A stretch of DNA of 64,000 bases. Source: Negaprion brevirostris (Eukaryota). Below are positions 1 to 12,214 of the stretch, piece by piece. Every line of letters starts with the position of its first letter. Positions within the stretch are counted from its first letter, which is position 1. The notes beneath the pieces were generated by a model. It was not told the origin of the DNA. It made no database searches and worked only from the letters and a program-made list of their open reading frames with translations. The DNA lies in assembly GCA_030324005.1 (NCBI GenBank), contig JARDVH010000073.1, positions 94,957,878-95,021,877 on the forward strand, written 5' to 3'. The position numbers and the translations under genes are program-made.

Positions 1-140
1 ATTGTTACATGGGTATGATAGGTATGGAGGGATATCGGCCAAATGCAGGCAATTGGGATTAGCTTAGGGGTTTTAAAAAAAAGAGTGGCATAGACAAGTT
101 GGGCCAAAGGGCCTGTTTCCATGCTGTCAAACTCTATGAA
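1..140 (+). mobile_element. CR1-type LINE 3' end fragment
   Basis: Typical shark CR1 3' tail (gagggatatcggccaaatgcaggcaattggga...aagggcctgtttccatgctgt...ctctatga). Similar tails occur in reverse at ~27750 and ~28995. Confidence 0.65.
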
Positions 141-1387
141 CCTCAACGACTCTATGTCCCTTTGTATACTTCTTTGTCATCCGAACTGCTTGCCTTCCCA
201 TCTATTTTTGTGTTATTGGCAAATTTGGCAATAGTACCTTCACTTCGCTTGTCCAAATCATTAATATATATTGTAAATAATTGTGGCCTCACACTGAAGC
301 CTGTGACACTCCACCATCCTGAAAACGTCCCTCTTATCCCAACTCTCTGTCTTCTGTCAGCCAACCCATCTATGCTAATACACTGCCCCCACTGGGCTTT
401 TATCTTATTGAACAGCCTCTTGTGCAGTACCTCATTGAATATCTTTGGAAATTTAAGTGTATTACATCTACTGGCTACTCTTTATTTATCCTGCTTGATA
501 CCATCTCAAAGAATTCTAATAAATTTGTCAGGCATGATTTCCCCCTCATGAAGCCATGCTGACTCCATTTGATAATATATATTCCTAAATCCATCCTTTA
601 TGAGCAACTCTAACATTTTGCCAATGACAGATGTTAAGCTAACGAGCTATAGATAGCTGTTGTCATCATCCTCCCTTTTTGAATAAGAGTGCTTTCATTG
701 TCAGTTTTCAAATCACCTAGGACTTTTCCAGAATTTAAAGATTCTACTGGTGCATCCACTAACTCTGCAGCTACTTCCTATGATATCCTAGGATTTATTG
801 GCGTTTAACCCCATTAGTTTCCTTAGTAATTATCTAGTGATTTTTTTTTATTTCCCCGACCCCTTTTGCTCCTTGATATCTAGTATTTTTGGAATGTTAT
901 TAGTGTCTTCTACCGTGAAGATTGATGCAAAGTATGTCCTGATTTCTCATCATTATTTCCCCAATCTAATTCTCTAATGGGCCGATGATCACTTTGGCCT
1001 CTCTCTTCTTTTTAATACATTTAATGAAGCTCTAACTGTCCATTTTTATATTGTTAGTTTACCCGAATAGTTTATCTTCTCCCTCATTGTTCTTTTTTTG
1101 ATCATCTTTTGTTTGTTTTCAAACTTTCCCAACCCTCTGACTTAGCGCTAATCTTTTCCATTTTGCATGCTTTTTCTTTCAGTTTAATGCTATTCTTAAC
1201 TTTCTTGGTTAACTGCGGCTGATTTATATCCTTCATAGAATCCCCCTTCATTATATTTGCTCTGAGTCACGAACTATTTTCATAAAAATGTCTGCCATTG
1301 CCGATCAGACTCCTTTCCAAGTCCGCTCCAACAAATTCTGCCCTTTTTTTGTTAATTACCCTTATTTAAATTTGGCACAGTTGTTTC

Positions 1388-2018
1388 AGGCCTTCAAAGC
1401 AAGGGGACTTGAGTATAGGAGTAAGGATGTCTTGCTGCAGTTATACAGGGCCTTGGTGAGGCCATACCTTGCATATTGTGTGCAGTTTTGGTCTCCTAGT
1501 CAGAGGAATTCTTGCTATTGAGGGAGTCCAGCAAAGGTTCACCAGACTGATTCCTGGAATGGCAGGACTGACATATGAAGAAAGACTGGATCAACTAGGC
1601 TTGTACTCACTGGAATTTAGAAGAATGAGAGGGGATCTCTTTGAAACATATAAAATCTTGAGGGGACAGGACAGGCTATATGTGGGAAGAATGCTCCCGA
1701 TGTTGTGAAGGTCCAGAACTAGAGGTCACAACCTAAGAATAAGGGGTAAGCCATTCAGGACTGAGATGAGGAAGAACTTCTTCACTCTGAGAGTTGTGAA
1801 CCTGTGGAATTCTCTGTCACAGAAAGCAGATGGGGCCAGTTCGTTAGATATGTTCAAGAGGGAACTGGATGTGGTCCTTGCAGCTGAGGGATTAAGTGGT
1901 GTGGAGAGAAAGCGGGAGTGGGATGTTGAGAGTGCATGATCAGCCATGATTTATTGAATGGTGCTACAGACTCGAAGGACCAAATGGCCTACTTGTGCAT
2001 CTACTTTCTATGTTTCTG
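1388..2018 (+). mobile_element. CR1 LINE 3' fragment inserted in opposite orientation inside the older CR1
   Basis: LYRALVRPYLAYCVQFWSP / EGVQQRFTRLIPGM / YEERLDQLGLYSLEFRRMRGDLFETYKI is the CR1 ORF2 C-terminus. It ends in the tttctatgtttct tail. Confidence 0.85.
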
Positions 2019-2865
2019 TGACCGAAGTTTCTCACATTCAAACTGATTGCTAAATTCTACCATGTTATGGTCACTGTTTCCTAGGAGTTCTTTTACTCTG
2101 ATATTGAATATTAAACCTGTCTCATTCCACATCAGATCCAAAATACCCTGATCCTCGTTTGGGTCCAGAACATATTCTTCAAAACTATCCTGAATACACG
2201 CTATGAATTCTTCCTCATGGCTACCTCTGCCAATTTAATTTTCCCAATCCCAAAGAAGATTAAAGTCACTTATGATTAAAATACTAGCCTTTTTGCAATC
2301 TCTCCTGATTTTTCTTGGTCCTAATTATAGCTACTGTTAGAGGGGCCTATAGATTACTTCCACAAGGTCATCTTCCCCTTGTTATTTCTTGCCTCCACTC
2401 ACGTGGATTCTACATCTTCCAATCCAAGATCTGTTTTGTGCTATTGTACTTATTCCATCTCATACTAACAAAGTTTCCTTCCTATCTGTCCTCATGAAAA
2501 GTCACATACCCTGATTATTTACTTCCCAGCTTTGATCTCTTTGTAACCACATATCTGTAATGGCTTTAAGATCATACCCAGTGACCCCCGTTTGTGCCAT
2601 TCATTCATTATTTTGTGATGCATACTATGCATTTAAGTAAAGAGCCATGAATTTTGCTTTTTTTAAAACCATCCCCGCCCTGCCCCGCTCTGCCCCGCCC
2701 CACTCTTACCCTATTTGCTGATGTTGTTATGTTGTACCTTCTCTCCCTTCCTGTCCCACTCTGGGTATCATTACCTAAATAGCTGCCTTGCAACACTGCC
2801 ATTTCCTTTTGCTTTGTAAGCCTACTCTTATTCAGAATGATTTTCCTGAACCCCTCCTGCCCTTC

Positions 2866-2951
2866 ACCCCACTCCACCACACCCCACTCCACCACACCGC
2901 ACACGGCACCCCACCCCACCCCACCCCACTCCACCACACACACACACACAC
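2866..2951. repeat. (CCAC/CCACC)n and (CA)n low-complexity microsatellite
   Basis: Directly visible ccacaccccactccaccacacc...cacacacaca run. Confidence 0.85.
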
Positions 2952-3384
2952 ATTTAGTTTAAAGCCCTCTGTACCTTCCTAGCTATGTGGTTTGCAAGAA
3001 CGCTGGTGCCAACACGGTTCAGATGTAGGCTGTTCCAATGGTACAGCCCTAACTTCCCCAGTTCTGATGCCAGTGCATCTGAAACCCAGTCCTCCCAGAG
3101 GAGTATGGTGAAGCCTTGTGCCTTTATTGGATTGCCCAAAAGCTCAGGACGGCTATGCTTCGGTGGTTGCTTTCTGCATGGCAGCATCGACTTGCCCACC
3201 AATCAGCAACCTATTCTCCTGTCGTATAAATTATTGTGATTACTTGAAATTTGCTATTCTTATGTTTGTTCTGTGAATGCAAGACATAAAGCTTCAGCAA
3301 CATGTCTGTCTTTTTATTGATGCTCAAGTTCTGTCCTGTCAATCAGCTAGTTGATGTTAGGATAGTTGACCAAAATGTTGTCTG

Positions 3385-3830
3385 AAGATGCACGTTTGAA
3401 GGACCATCTAAAGAAAGAAAGAGAAGAGGAGAGGTTTAAGAAGGAAATTCCAGAGCTTAAAGCTGAGACAGTGGAAGGCATGGCCACCATTGATGGGGTG
3501 ATTAAAATTGGGGATGAACAAACGGGCAGATCTGGCAGGCTGCATCCATCTCAGATGGTTTCAGGGACGGAGAAGATTACAGAGGTAGGAAGGTCCTGGT
3601 GGGATTTGAAAATAATGAGAATACCTCACCTTGATGAACCAGTATCAGCAAGCACAGGGATCAGGTGAGATAAAGGGTAAACGGGATTGGGTGGGTAGGA
3701 AAAGGGCAGTGAAATTTAGAATGAGCTGAAATTTATGGAGGTTGGGAGGTGGGAGAATGACCAGGAAAAGCATTGGAATAGATTGAATAAGCAAATGAGG
3801 GGGGAAGGAATAGGAGGTTAGATGAAGCAA
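3385..3830 (-). mobile_element. Degenerate LINE fragment, probably L2-like
   Basis: Purine-rich gagagg..ggaaattccagagctta..gaaggcatggccacca pattern resembles the reverse complement of vertebrate L2 3' regions. No intact ORF. Confidence 0.4.
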
Positions 3831-3964
3831 TGTGCGAGGAGACTGATGTAGAGCTGTTAGGCTGGGATGGTGTTTTTACATTCTTTATTATGTTGAAATA
3901 AATCTGGACACGGTCTTGTCTGGTGGACACAAACAAAAATGGCCTGTTCTTATTAAATCTGCAG

Positions 3965-4318
3965 AAAGCAAGTTGGAATTGAGAGTGAGCCAAAGTCCTG
4001 TGGAAGTAAATCACAATGAAAATGTCCTCCTGCTGTGCGAAATTGCTCAACTCACTGGGGCTACGTTGAACTTGAAAAACTTGGGCGTATTATGGACTGT
4101 CACTCGTGGCACTGAAACATCAACAGCCTTTTCCTACGCTCCTGGAAATATAAAGGAAGCATGGCCAGAAGCCGAACTTTTGGAAAGCTCCATTGTACGT
4201 GGAAACATGTCACTGTTGCCAAGAAATGTCATATTTAAACACACCGGACAATATAAATGTGAAATTGTTATTCCACCAAATGATAAGGCATTTAAGATAG
4301 TGAAGTTTGAGGTTTTAG
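3965..4318 (+). CDS. B7-H6/NCR3LG1-like gene, IgV exon (first coding exon seen; leader not found in window)
   Basis: Acceptor tctgcag|3965 and donor 4318|gtcagc, phase 1-1. Translation (E)SKLELRVSQSPVEVNHNENVLLLCEI..LNLKNLGVLW..GNMSLL..GQYKCEIVIPPNDKAFKIVKFEVL has the V-set Cys/Trp/Cys. By recollection it aligns with human B7-H6 ([41 protein letters not shown]). Confidence 0.85.
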
Positions 4319-5976
4319 GTCAGCTGAATTATATGCAGAAACAGTAATTTTTTATAACTTGCAGTGCAACCAAATGCCAACGGTTTCACATTTAAGTTTG
4401 TCTTTATAGCTTTCGGAAGCATAATCTGGTGGAGGGAATGCCCTTAATTATAAAATCAAACTGCTGCAGATGTTGGAAATCCTGAAATGAAAACGCTGTA
4501 AATAATCAGCATGTCAGGGAGAATCTGTGGCGAGAGAAGCAGAGTTCGTTTCATCAGAATGGTTAAAAAATAAATAGTTTTTAACCTAGCGTTTAATGCT
4601 TTCTGACCTGATGCGTGTTGATATCAAGCTATGTAATTTAAATATGTTGCACATCATCAATTAGTTGAATCAATAGCAAGAGTAAAATTGGAAATATTGG
4701 CTGTGTAAGACAGCATTTTGAGAAGGAAATAAAAAAAACAAGTGTGTGTTTGGTTGAGGGAGTGACATTTGCCTCAAATAAGCACATTGTTGCCTAGGGA
4801 TAAACACTTAACTACTGTTAAATATGATTAATTATTTGTAAGAGCCATTGAAGTATTTTTCACATTTGGAACTGAAACAAATTAAAAGCGTGCACATACA
4901 TAGTTAGGCTTCTCTGAAATTTTAATGTTACTCTGTATGAAGAAAGAAGGAGCTTACATTTATCTAGTTCCTTTTACTTCCGGAAGATGTCATTCATTCA
5001 GTTATGTTGAGTCTGCAACATAGCAACAGGTCTTTTGGTCCACCTGGTCACGAAACCTTTTTGTTATGTTGAAGACAACTATCACCCTCAGCTCCTCGCT
5101 TCTAGAGAGAAAAGCCCAACCTGTTAAGTCTTTCTTGATAATTTTGCAGCTCTGGTATCATCCTTATGAACTGTATTGACACCTTCTCTGATGGCTGTAT
5201 ATTCATTGTATAGTATGGAAACCAGAACTGTGCATGGTACTTTGAATGGGGTATAATCATATTTCATTGCAAGTTTAACACTGTTTTTCAACTGTACTCT
5301 TCTATAAATGAATCCCAGTACTGCATTTGCCTTTTTTAATAGCCTTATTAACTAGAACTGCTTCTAGTGATTAATGTATCTGAACCCCATAGATTCCTCC
5401 TTCTCTACCTCACTTCCACTTATTATCCAGCCAGTATGTGGCCACCTTATTCTTCTTGCCAAAATGCACCAGCTCCCACTATTGCAGGCAAATGAATTTC
5501 AGTGATCCATTTTGTTTAATAGTTTATTGATATCATATATTTTTGTCACTTCTTCACTGAGATGTCTACAGCTTCCACTTTGCTGCCTTGTGCAAGTTTT
5601 GGAATTGTACTTTGGTTCCAGAGTCCAAATTGTTAATGTAAGTGGTAGACAAAGTGGTCCCTGCAGTGACGAGCACCACTTCCCATCTTTTGGCAGTCTG
5701 ATTAGCTACCCCTAAGCCCTACACAGTGCATTCTCTCTGGCCATCCATTCGGCCGTGTGTTCAACTCCCTTTTTAAATATAGGAATCACACCGGTTGTGC
5801 TCTATTTCTCTGGCACCATTCCATTTACAAATTATTTATTTATATAAATAGCTAACAGTGCCTCTGCTATTTCTTCACTAATTTAGTTTAGCACGCTCAT
5901 ATCCAAGCTAATGCATTACTGTTCAAGTGTAGCCACAATTGTTAGTGACACTAACTGTATCCTTCTATTTTGGCAG

Positions 5977-6303
5977 CACGTCCTACAGTGACTGTGATTT
6001 CAGAAAATATCGTGGAAGTTGGCACGGGGGGAGAGATGGCCTTGGGTTGTCAGTTAAGTGGATATTATCCTTGTGATAGCAGTGCTGAATGGTTTCAGAC
6101 AATCCCGTCACGAGGAGAGACAAGATTATTAAAGGACATTTGCATTTCCCCGCCAGTCAAAAACCCTGATGGAACATGTAACATAACCACTGAAGTTAGG
6201 TTGGAACCTCGTGTAGAAGACATTGGCAGCATTTTCGAATGCCATGTCACACACAAGACGTTTTCCGAGCCCCTCTCTGTAAAAGCTTCGGTGATTCTGA
6301 AAG
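5977..6303 (+). CDS. B7-H6/NCR3LG1-like gene, extracellular C1 exon
   Basis: Acceptor ttggcag|5977 and donor 6303|gtcagt, phase 1-1. ARPTVTV..LGCQLSGYYP..W..PVKNPDGTCNIT..EDIGSIFECHVTH is a C1-set domain of B7-H6/tapasin type (cf. B7-H6 SGFYP, PTIKNMDGTFNVT, YQCVVRH). Confidence 0.9.
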
Positions 6304-6929
6304 GTCAGTTGCAGTGACAAATGCAAAGTATAACTTTTTTTATTCAAAAACGCTTATCGTTATCCAATGTACTACAGTTTTTACTTCTTGGGGAAACAAC
6401 TAAATCAGAAACTTTTAGATGGATTTGTTTGATGCTGACAGCTAATGAATTTTGAACTTTCTTGTGTTTATTAAGATACGTTTTTACAAAAATGTTGGTA
6501 TTTAACTCAATCAACTTCTTTCTATTGATGTGATCTAATTAGATTACTTGTATATTATGAATAATTATTTTGTTACAGTTCTAAGCATATGGGAGGTTTA
6601 TCAAATTCATAAATATGTATTTTTAAATATAAAATTAGCATTCCATCTAATGAGTTGAACACCTTTTCCATACCAAGCATCTATTTCTGACCACTAGATA
6701 CATCTTGATGACTGCCTGATCTAGAGAAAGTTTAATTGATTTCAATTTTCCACTTCTTTATCTGAACAAATCTTTTGAATGGAAAATGATTGTTTCAGAG
6801 ACTTGGCTCCAATCTTACCTAAGATTTTTTTAATATAAAGTTGCAAATTATATACAGCACTGAAAGAGGCCATTCAGCCGACTATTCTGCTGGTGTTTAT
6901 AACCACACTGGTTGTAAGTTGGAGTAATT

Positions 6930-7810
6930 CACACTGTCTTTTTTAGTGGGAGTTCACACTAGAATCTCCCACACTTTGTGCAATGCAGAGGCCACCAGCG
7001 TGAATATCATTAGATTTCAGAGGGTGGGGAGAGGCTGAAAATCAACAGGCCTCTGCGCATGTGCAGTGGCCCTGAAGTGTCATCCTCTCATTTTCTGGCC
7101 AGCTAGGGACACCCGCAGTGCAGTCCCCTCCACCCCTCCACAGCCAAACCGTGGCCCCTCTTCCATTCATGGGCCAGCCCTGAACACCCCTGTCCTAGCC
7201 TGCCCCAATCTCCAGCTTCCCCACCTCCAGCAATCGCTACCTCCCCCCCACCGGCATCAGCAGACACCCCGGCTGAACCCCACCCCCTGTGCCCAGCCCG
7301 CCCCAATTGCTGGCCTGCCTCCAGCCCCCACTGATCCCAGTGCAGTAGGAACCCCCATCAATCACCCCCTTGGCACTGCCCCACACCCAACGGGCAGTGC
7401 AAAGGTGCCCCCAGATATGGGCACTTTGCCCCTTGGGCAGTGCCGTAGGCTGGCATCACCCCCTCCCCCCACCGCCCAATCCCTGGGGGGCCGCGATTTC
7501 CCCCCCTTTCATTCCAGCAGGGCCCGGTCGCTAGCTCGCCAAACGTGGCGTGTTGGGAGATGTTAGTGGGCCCGGTGAATTCAGTCCCAGGCCCGCAAAC
7601 AGCATTTAAATACCATGTAAAATACTATTTCAATGCTAGCCCTGCCTCCCAGCCGATTTCCAATGCCGCGCAGACTCCGCGGGAAATCTGAGCGCGGGAG
7701 ATATAAGCGCAGTGCGAACGCTTGCAGGAATCCCGCAAATTGGCCAACATACGATTCTGCTGGCCACTGTGCAAAAAAATTAGCGCAGCAGGATGGGAGA
7801 ATCACAGCCA
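6930..7810. mobile_element. GC-rich non-autonomous shark repeat (putative DNA-transposon/MITE-like)
   Basis: Abrupt GC-rich island. It shares blocks (cccttggcactgccc, gggcactttgcccttgggcagtgcc, ggccc..gaattcag) and a GGGAGAAT terminus with 8195-9240 and 33106-33662. Confidence 0.6.
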
Positions 7811-8194
7811 TTTAGTCTGAAATTGGGAGAATTCCACCCACTGATCCATTACTAAAGCTATTGTGAGAAACGCAGCTCACAGTCAAACAATTTAGTCGAG
7901 TCAAGTTCCGAAGGAGCAAGATATTTTATTTAGCGTTCTTGCAAGACTGGGTGTCCAAAAGATAGGCACACCTTACATCGAGTTTAAGCAGGCTTTTTAT
8001 ACTATTTCTATAAGCTTATTAATCAATTACACAATACGTTGTTCTCCCCTAATTGGTGGTCCCTATCCCATTTATGTGTTGTCATTCCCCTATTGNNNNN
8101 NNNNNNNNNNNNNNNNNNNNNNNNNNNNNNNNNNNNNNNNNNNNNNNNNNNNNNNNNNNNNNNNNNNNNNNNNNNNNNNNNNNNNNNNNNNNNN

Positions 8195-9240
8195 NGTCCC
8201 CACAGCCTGATTGTGGGCCCTCTGGCAATTCCCAGGCCAGCCTTGAACCCCCTTCCTGTCCTGGATGGCTCCGATCTCCAACAACTCCCCACATGTATTG
8301 TGAATACTCCCAGCCTGCCCGATTTTCAGCTCACCTCCCCCCAGCAGTCCCGATCTGTCTTGATTGCTGGCCTCCCTCCAGCCCCTATCAATCCCCATGC
8401 AGAGTGGCAACGGAACCCCCCAACAGGGCACACTCTCCTATAGGCCCCATCCCCTTGGCACTGCCCGAAGCCTGGTGGACAGTGCCAAAGTTTTCCATGG
8501 GTATGGGCACTTTGTCCCTTGGGCAGTGCCAGGGAGTAGAGGCTTGCATTGCCAGGGTCCCCATACCCAGGGGATGGCACCCTATACCACCCGACCCCCT
8601 GGGGGGGGCCCCAATTGCCTCCCCCTTCACTCCAGTGGTGTTGGGCTGCTAGTTCCCCGAAAGTGGGGAGCTAGACTGAACCCCGCTGGAATGAAATACT
8701 GGGGTGGCACAGTGATTAGCTGCCTCTCATCACCAGGGACCCGGGTTCGATTCCTAGCTTGGGCCACTGTCTGTGTAGAGTTTGCATGTTCTTCCCATGT
8801 CTGAATGGATTTCCCCCAGTTGTTCTGGTTTCGTCCCACAGTCTGAAAGATGTGCTAGTTGAGTGCGTTTACCCGAACAGGTGCCATTAGTATGGTGACT
8901 AGGGGAATTTCACAGTAACTTCGTTGCAGTGTTCATATAAGCCTTACTTGTGACTAATAAATAACTTTAAATACTCCTTGTGGGGTGGGAGATGTTAATG
9001 GGCCCAGAGAATTCAGTTCTGGGCCCTCTAATAGCATTAAAATGACATTAAAGTGAGATGTAAAGTACTTACCTGGTGTTCCCATCGTTTTCCAGCGCGA
9101 ATCAGCTGGCACCAGAAATCCAGTGCTGGGAGATGCGCACGTGGCGGGAATGCATGTGTGAATCCTACACATGTCTTGACGTGAGATTCTTCCACCACGC
9201 AGTGCTAGAAAATTAGCACGGCAGGGTGGGAGAATTGCCC
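8195..9240. mobile_element. Second copy of the GC-rich shark repeat, interrupted by a SINE
   Basis: Homologous to 6930-7810 and ends gggagaattgccc. The 5' part runs into an N gap. Confidence 0.6.
8701..8968 (+). mobile_element. HE1-like tRNA-derived SINE with 7-bp target-site duplication
   Basis: A-box-like ggtggcacagtg and B-box gggttcgattcc. It is flanked by aaatact at 8694-8700 and 8969-8975, and the uninterrupted site is visible in the copy at ~33430. Confidence 0.85.
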
Positions 9241-10126
9241 TCATTGTTTCATTTCTATCTTGTCCAACTGATCTGTAATTTGAAAGACCACTATCGGGTC
9301 ACCTACAAGTCTTCTGGTTTCCAAAGATGATGGCCCCAAGCTATTCAATATTTCATCAATAATCTGTTAGTTCTGGTACCATCCTTATAATTTTTTTTCC
9401 ACACTTTCTCCCATAATTGTGTGTCTCTTTTACTAGTACATGACCAGAACTGTGCATAATACACTGGGTGCAACCTGACCAGCTTCCTATACAAGTTTAA
9501 CAAATTCTGTACCTCTAGAAATAAATCCCAGAGTTTTCCTTACTTCTTAAATGCTTTTTGTTGCAATGCTGCTTTGAGCAATTTGTTCACTTCTTTGCTG
9601 AGATCCTCATGCAGTTCTACTCCATTGTGTTTTTATGATTGTAAAGTGCAGATGACGATTCTGTTTTTTCTTCACAAGTGCACCTCATTTATTGAGGCTA
9701 AAGTTTATTTTTAAATACCTGGTCTGCACATATTCCAATATCTTCTCTAATTATGTTGCAGTATTTTTCAGTGTTAGCTATGCCCTCTTGATGTTTGGTA
9801 TCAGTCGCAAGTTTTGATCTTAAGTTACTTGTTTTCAATTCCAAAACATCAGTGTAAATTATAAATAACAGTTTCAGCACTCATCCTTGTGAAACACTGC
9901 ATTTATGTTACAAGTAACCAGTTTTCCAAGTGACACAATTGGGGTACAAACAATATAAGATGTTTGGGTTTGAAAATAAATGCCACTTAGCTGTGAGCAC
10001 TGGCTGGCCCAGAGCTGTGCTAAATATTTATTGACTATTCTTTATCCTGTTCTACAATATTACGTGGGTGAATTGTGGTACAATTGAAACCAGTTGTGTG
10101 AGAAATTTGAAACTTTTCTTTTGCAG

Positions 10127-10243
10127 AAGCAGAAATTCGTCTGTCAACTTCATCAATAGTCGGAAGCGTGATTGCGAGTATTATTATTTCTGTTGCCTTA
10201 ATAGCGCTTGGAATTTTCCTCTTTATGCGGGTCCAATATAAAG
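10127..10243 (+). CDS. B7-H6/NCR3LG1-like gene, transmembrane exon
   Basis: Acceptor aacttttcttttgcag|10127 and donor AAG 10243|gtaagg; 117 nt, phase 1-1. Translation EAEIRLSTSS-IVGSVIASIIISVALIALGIFLFM-RVQYK gives a 24-residue hydrophobic helix followed by basic residues, with no stop. Not shown in this frame in the ORF track. Confidence 0.88.
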
Positions 10244-10829
10244 GTAAGGGTGCATTCTAGGCATGTAGGGNNNNNNNNNNNNNNNNNNNNNNNNNNNNNN
10301 NNNNNNNNNNNNNNNNNNNNNNNNNNNNNNNNNNNNNNNNNNNNNNNNNNNNNNNNNNNNNNNNNNNNNNNNNNNNNNNNNNNNNNNNNNNNNNNNNNNN
10401 NNNNNNNNNNNNNNNNNNNNNNNNNNNNNNNNNNNNNNNNNNNNNNNNNNNNNNNNNNNNNNNNNNNNNNNNNNNNNNNNNNNNNNNNNNNNNNNNNNNN
10501 NNNNNNNNNNNNNNNNNNNNNNNNNNNNNNNNNNNNNNNNNNNNNNNNNNNNNNNNNNNNNNNNNNNNNNNNNNNNNNNNNNNNNNNNNNNNNNNNNNNN
10601 NNNNNNNNNNNNNNNNNNNNNNNNNCAGTCTACCTAACTTTAGGCTATTTTTCTATGGTGTACAGATATATGTGTTAACAGCATCTTTACCTGTTGCTCA
10701 CACCATGGAGAATGTACCATTAACAGTTTGCAGGTTTTAGGTTAAATTGAAACTAGCCAAGTCGATTTTGCGCACGGCGTTTCTATGAGAATACCCCAGA
10801 GAAATGTTGCACCCCTCACCCCCAAGCTT

Positions 10830-11930
10830 TTCTTTCATTGAAAAAGATGCAATGCCTGGACTTGTTATTTTTGTTCACAGAGGACATGACCCTCTGTGAT
10901 TGTGTGAATAGCTGTAGTTTCTGGTAAGCGTAAGTGAGCCCCATTGTAAAAACCACCCCCCACCACTGCAACAGATGACCTTGAAATGGTTGTTATAAAT
11001 GACTGAAACAGCACAGTTTGGATTTTTAAGTAAGTGCTGCCTGATTCCAGAATTATGTTTAATGTTTGACCCTGTTTTCTGAGCTCTGCAAGCACTGGCT
11101 GATTGAGTGCAGTCCATACTCTGCCTGTTGAGAATAGCCAAAGGTATGTGCTGTTTGATATGATCCACCAGATATTGGAATATAAGGCCTGTATTCCTGG
11201 CATCTCACTGGCACAGGAACTCAAGTCACATTACTCATTGATCTTTTTGGCTTAATGGCACCATCCTGTTAGTGGTGAATACCACTCATTGCTACTGCAT
11301 GACAGCGGCTTGAAACAGATAGCTTCACCTGTTGTTCAAATTCTTTTGATACCTTGTCCTTCTAGGGTACCAGAATTGTTAACCTTGGGGCCTGTTCATG
11401 AGTTTGTCAGCAAGCAATGGCCTGATCAGGGTAGCCAATTTCCTGCAGGAAAGCTTTGATGTGGCCTTTCTTGGCATCAAGATTTCATGAGCACGTGGCT
11501 TGGGACTTATTACTGAGGTTGCCAAGAAGAGACATCTTGTAGGGTCTGGAGCTGTCGTGTATCGACATGTATATTCACCACAGAAAGAAGGCTTGTAGCA
11601 GTAGTAGTAAAAATAGGTAGTAGACAACTGGCAGATTTCTCAATTAGAAAATTGAGGAAAGGAAGCTCATTAGATTGTTCTACTTCAAAGGTGTATTTGA
11701 ATGTGGCATGGAGCCCATTAAGATGTTTAAGGAAATTCTTACCTGCAGCTTCAAATATAGCAAATGTTTAATCTACTTCTCAGAAGTATGAATGTGGTAG
11801 GCAGTTAGGGGTCATTCTCTTAAAGAAGTGCTTCTCCTGGAAACCAACAAAAATGTTAGCAAGAACTGGGCCTAGAAGTGATAAAGTTGAACTCAGATGC
11901 ACAAGTGGCTGGGTTTATAAGTTCAATGAA
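10830..11930 (-). mobile_element. Penelope-like element (GIY-YIG region) relic
   Basis: Minus ORF 10875-11168 IKQHIPLAILNRQ..SGIRQHLLKNPNCA..FKVI resembles the GIY-YIG C-terminus of Penelope-like elements (S.I.QHLL.N..CA). It is frameshifted. Confidence 0.6.
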
Positions 11931-12214
11931 TGTTGTGGGGGATTTATTGAATTCACAAATATGTATTTTTAAGTTTGAGATACATTCCATCTAATAAGTT
12001 GAATATCTCTTTCTGACCTTCAGATATGTCTTGATGACTGCATAATTCTTGAGAAATTTTTCAATTTTCCACTTCATTGCACGAACAAATCTTTTTAGTG
12101 AAAAATGATTCTGTGACCATTGTTCCCCATGGTTCACTGCATCCACATTTATATCGGTTGCCCAAGATGCACAAAAAGTTTTTTAAAAAATTCATTTATA
12201 GGAAGTGAACTTTG

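Larger units (their letters stand above)
150..3100 (-). mobile_element. Degenerate long CR1 LINE (ORF1 esterase-like end plus ORF2 RT), interrupted by a nested CR1
   Basis: Minus-strand ORF 152-364 reads FTIYINDLD..TIAKFANNTKI (CR1 RT 'KFADDTK' motif). ORF 2954-3202 reads LHLNRVGTSVLAN, like the SGNH-esterase ORF1 of CR1 elements. Confidence 0.7.

Noticed and set aside
1-3964. Signal-peptide exon and promoter of the B7-H6-like gene
   Set aside because: The region is almost entirely LINE-derived, and no ATG plus hydrophobic leader plus phase-1 donor could be supported. It probably lies upstream of the window.
7066-8804. Pro/Gly-rich ORFs and an apparent CpG island
   Set aside because: They fall within a multi-copy GC-rich repeat (three copies in the window), where stop codons are scarce for compositional reasons.
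5977-10243. Tapasin or TAPBPR ortholog
   Set aside because: The C1 is tapasin-like, but the TM has no charged Lys, there is no KKxx tail, no tapasin N-terminal exons were seen, and the V domain fits B7-H6 better. Not fully excluded without a phylogeny.
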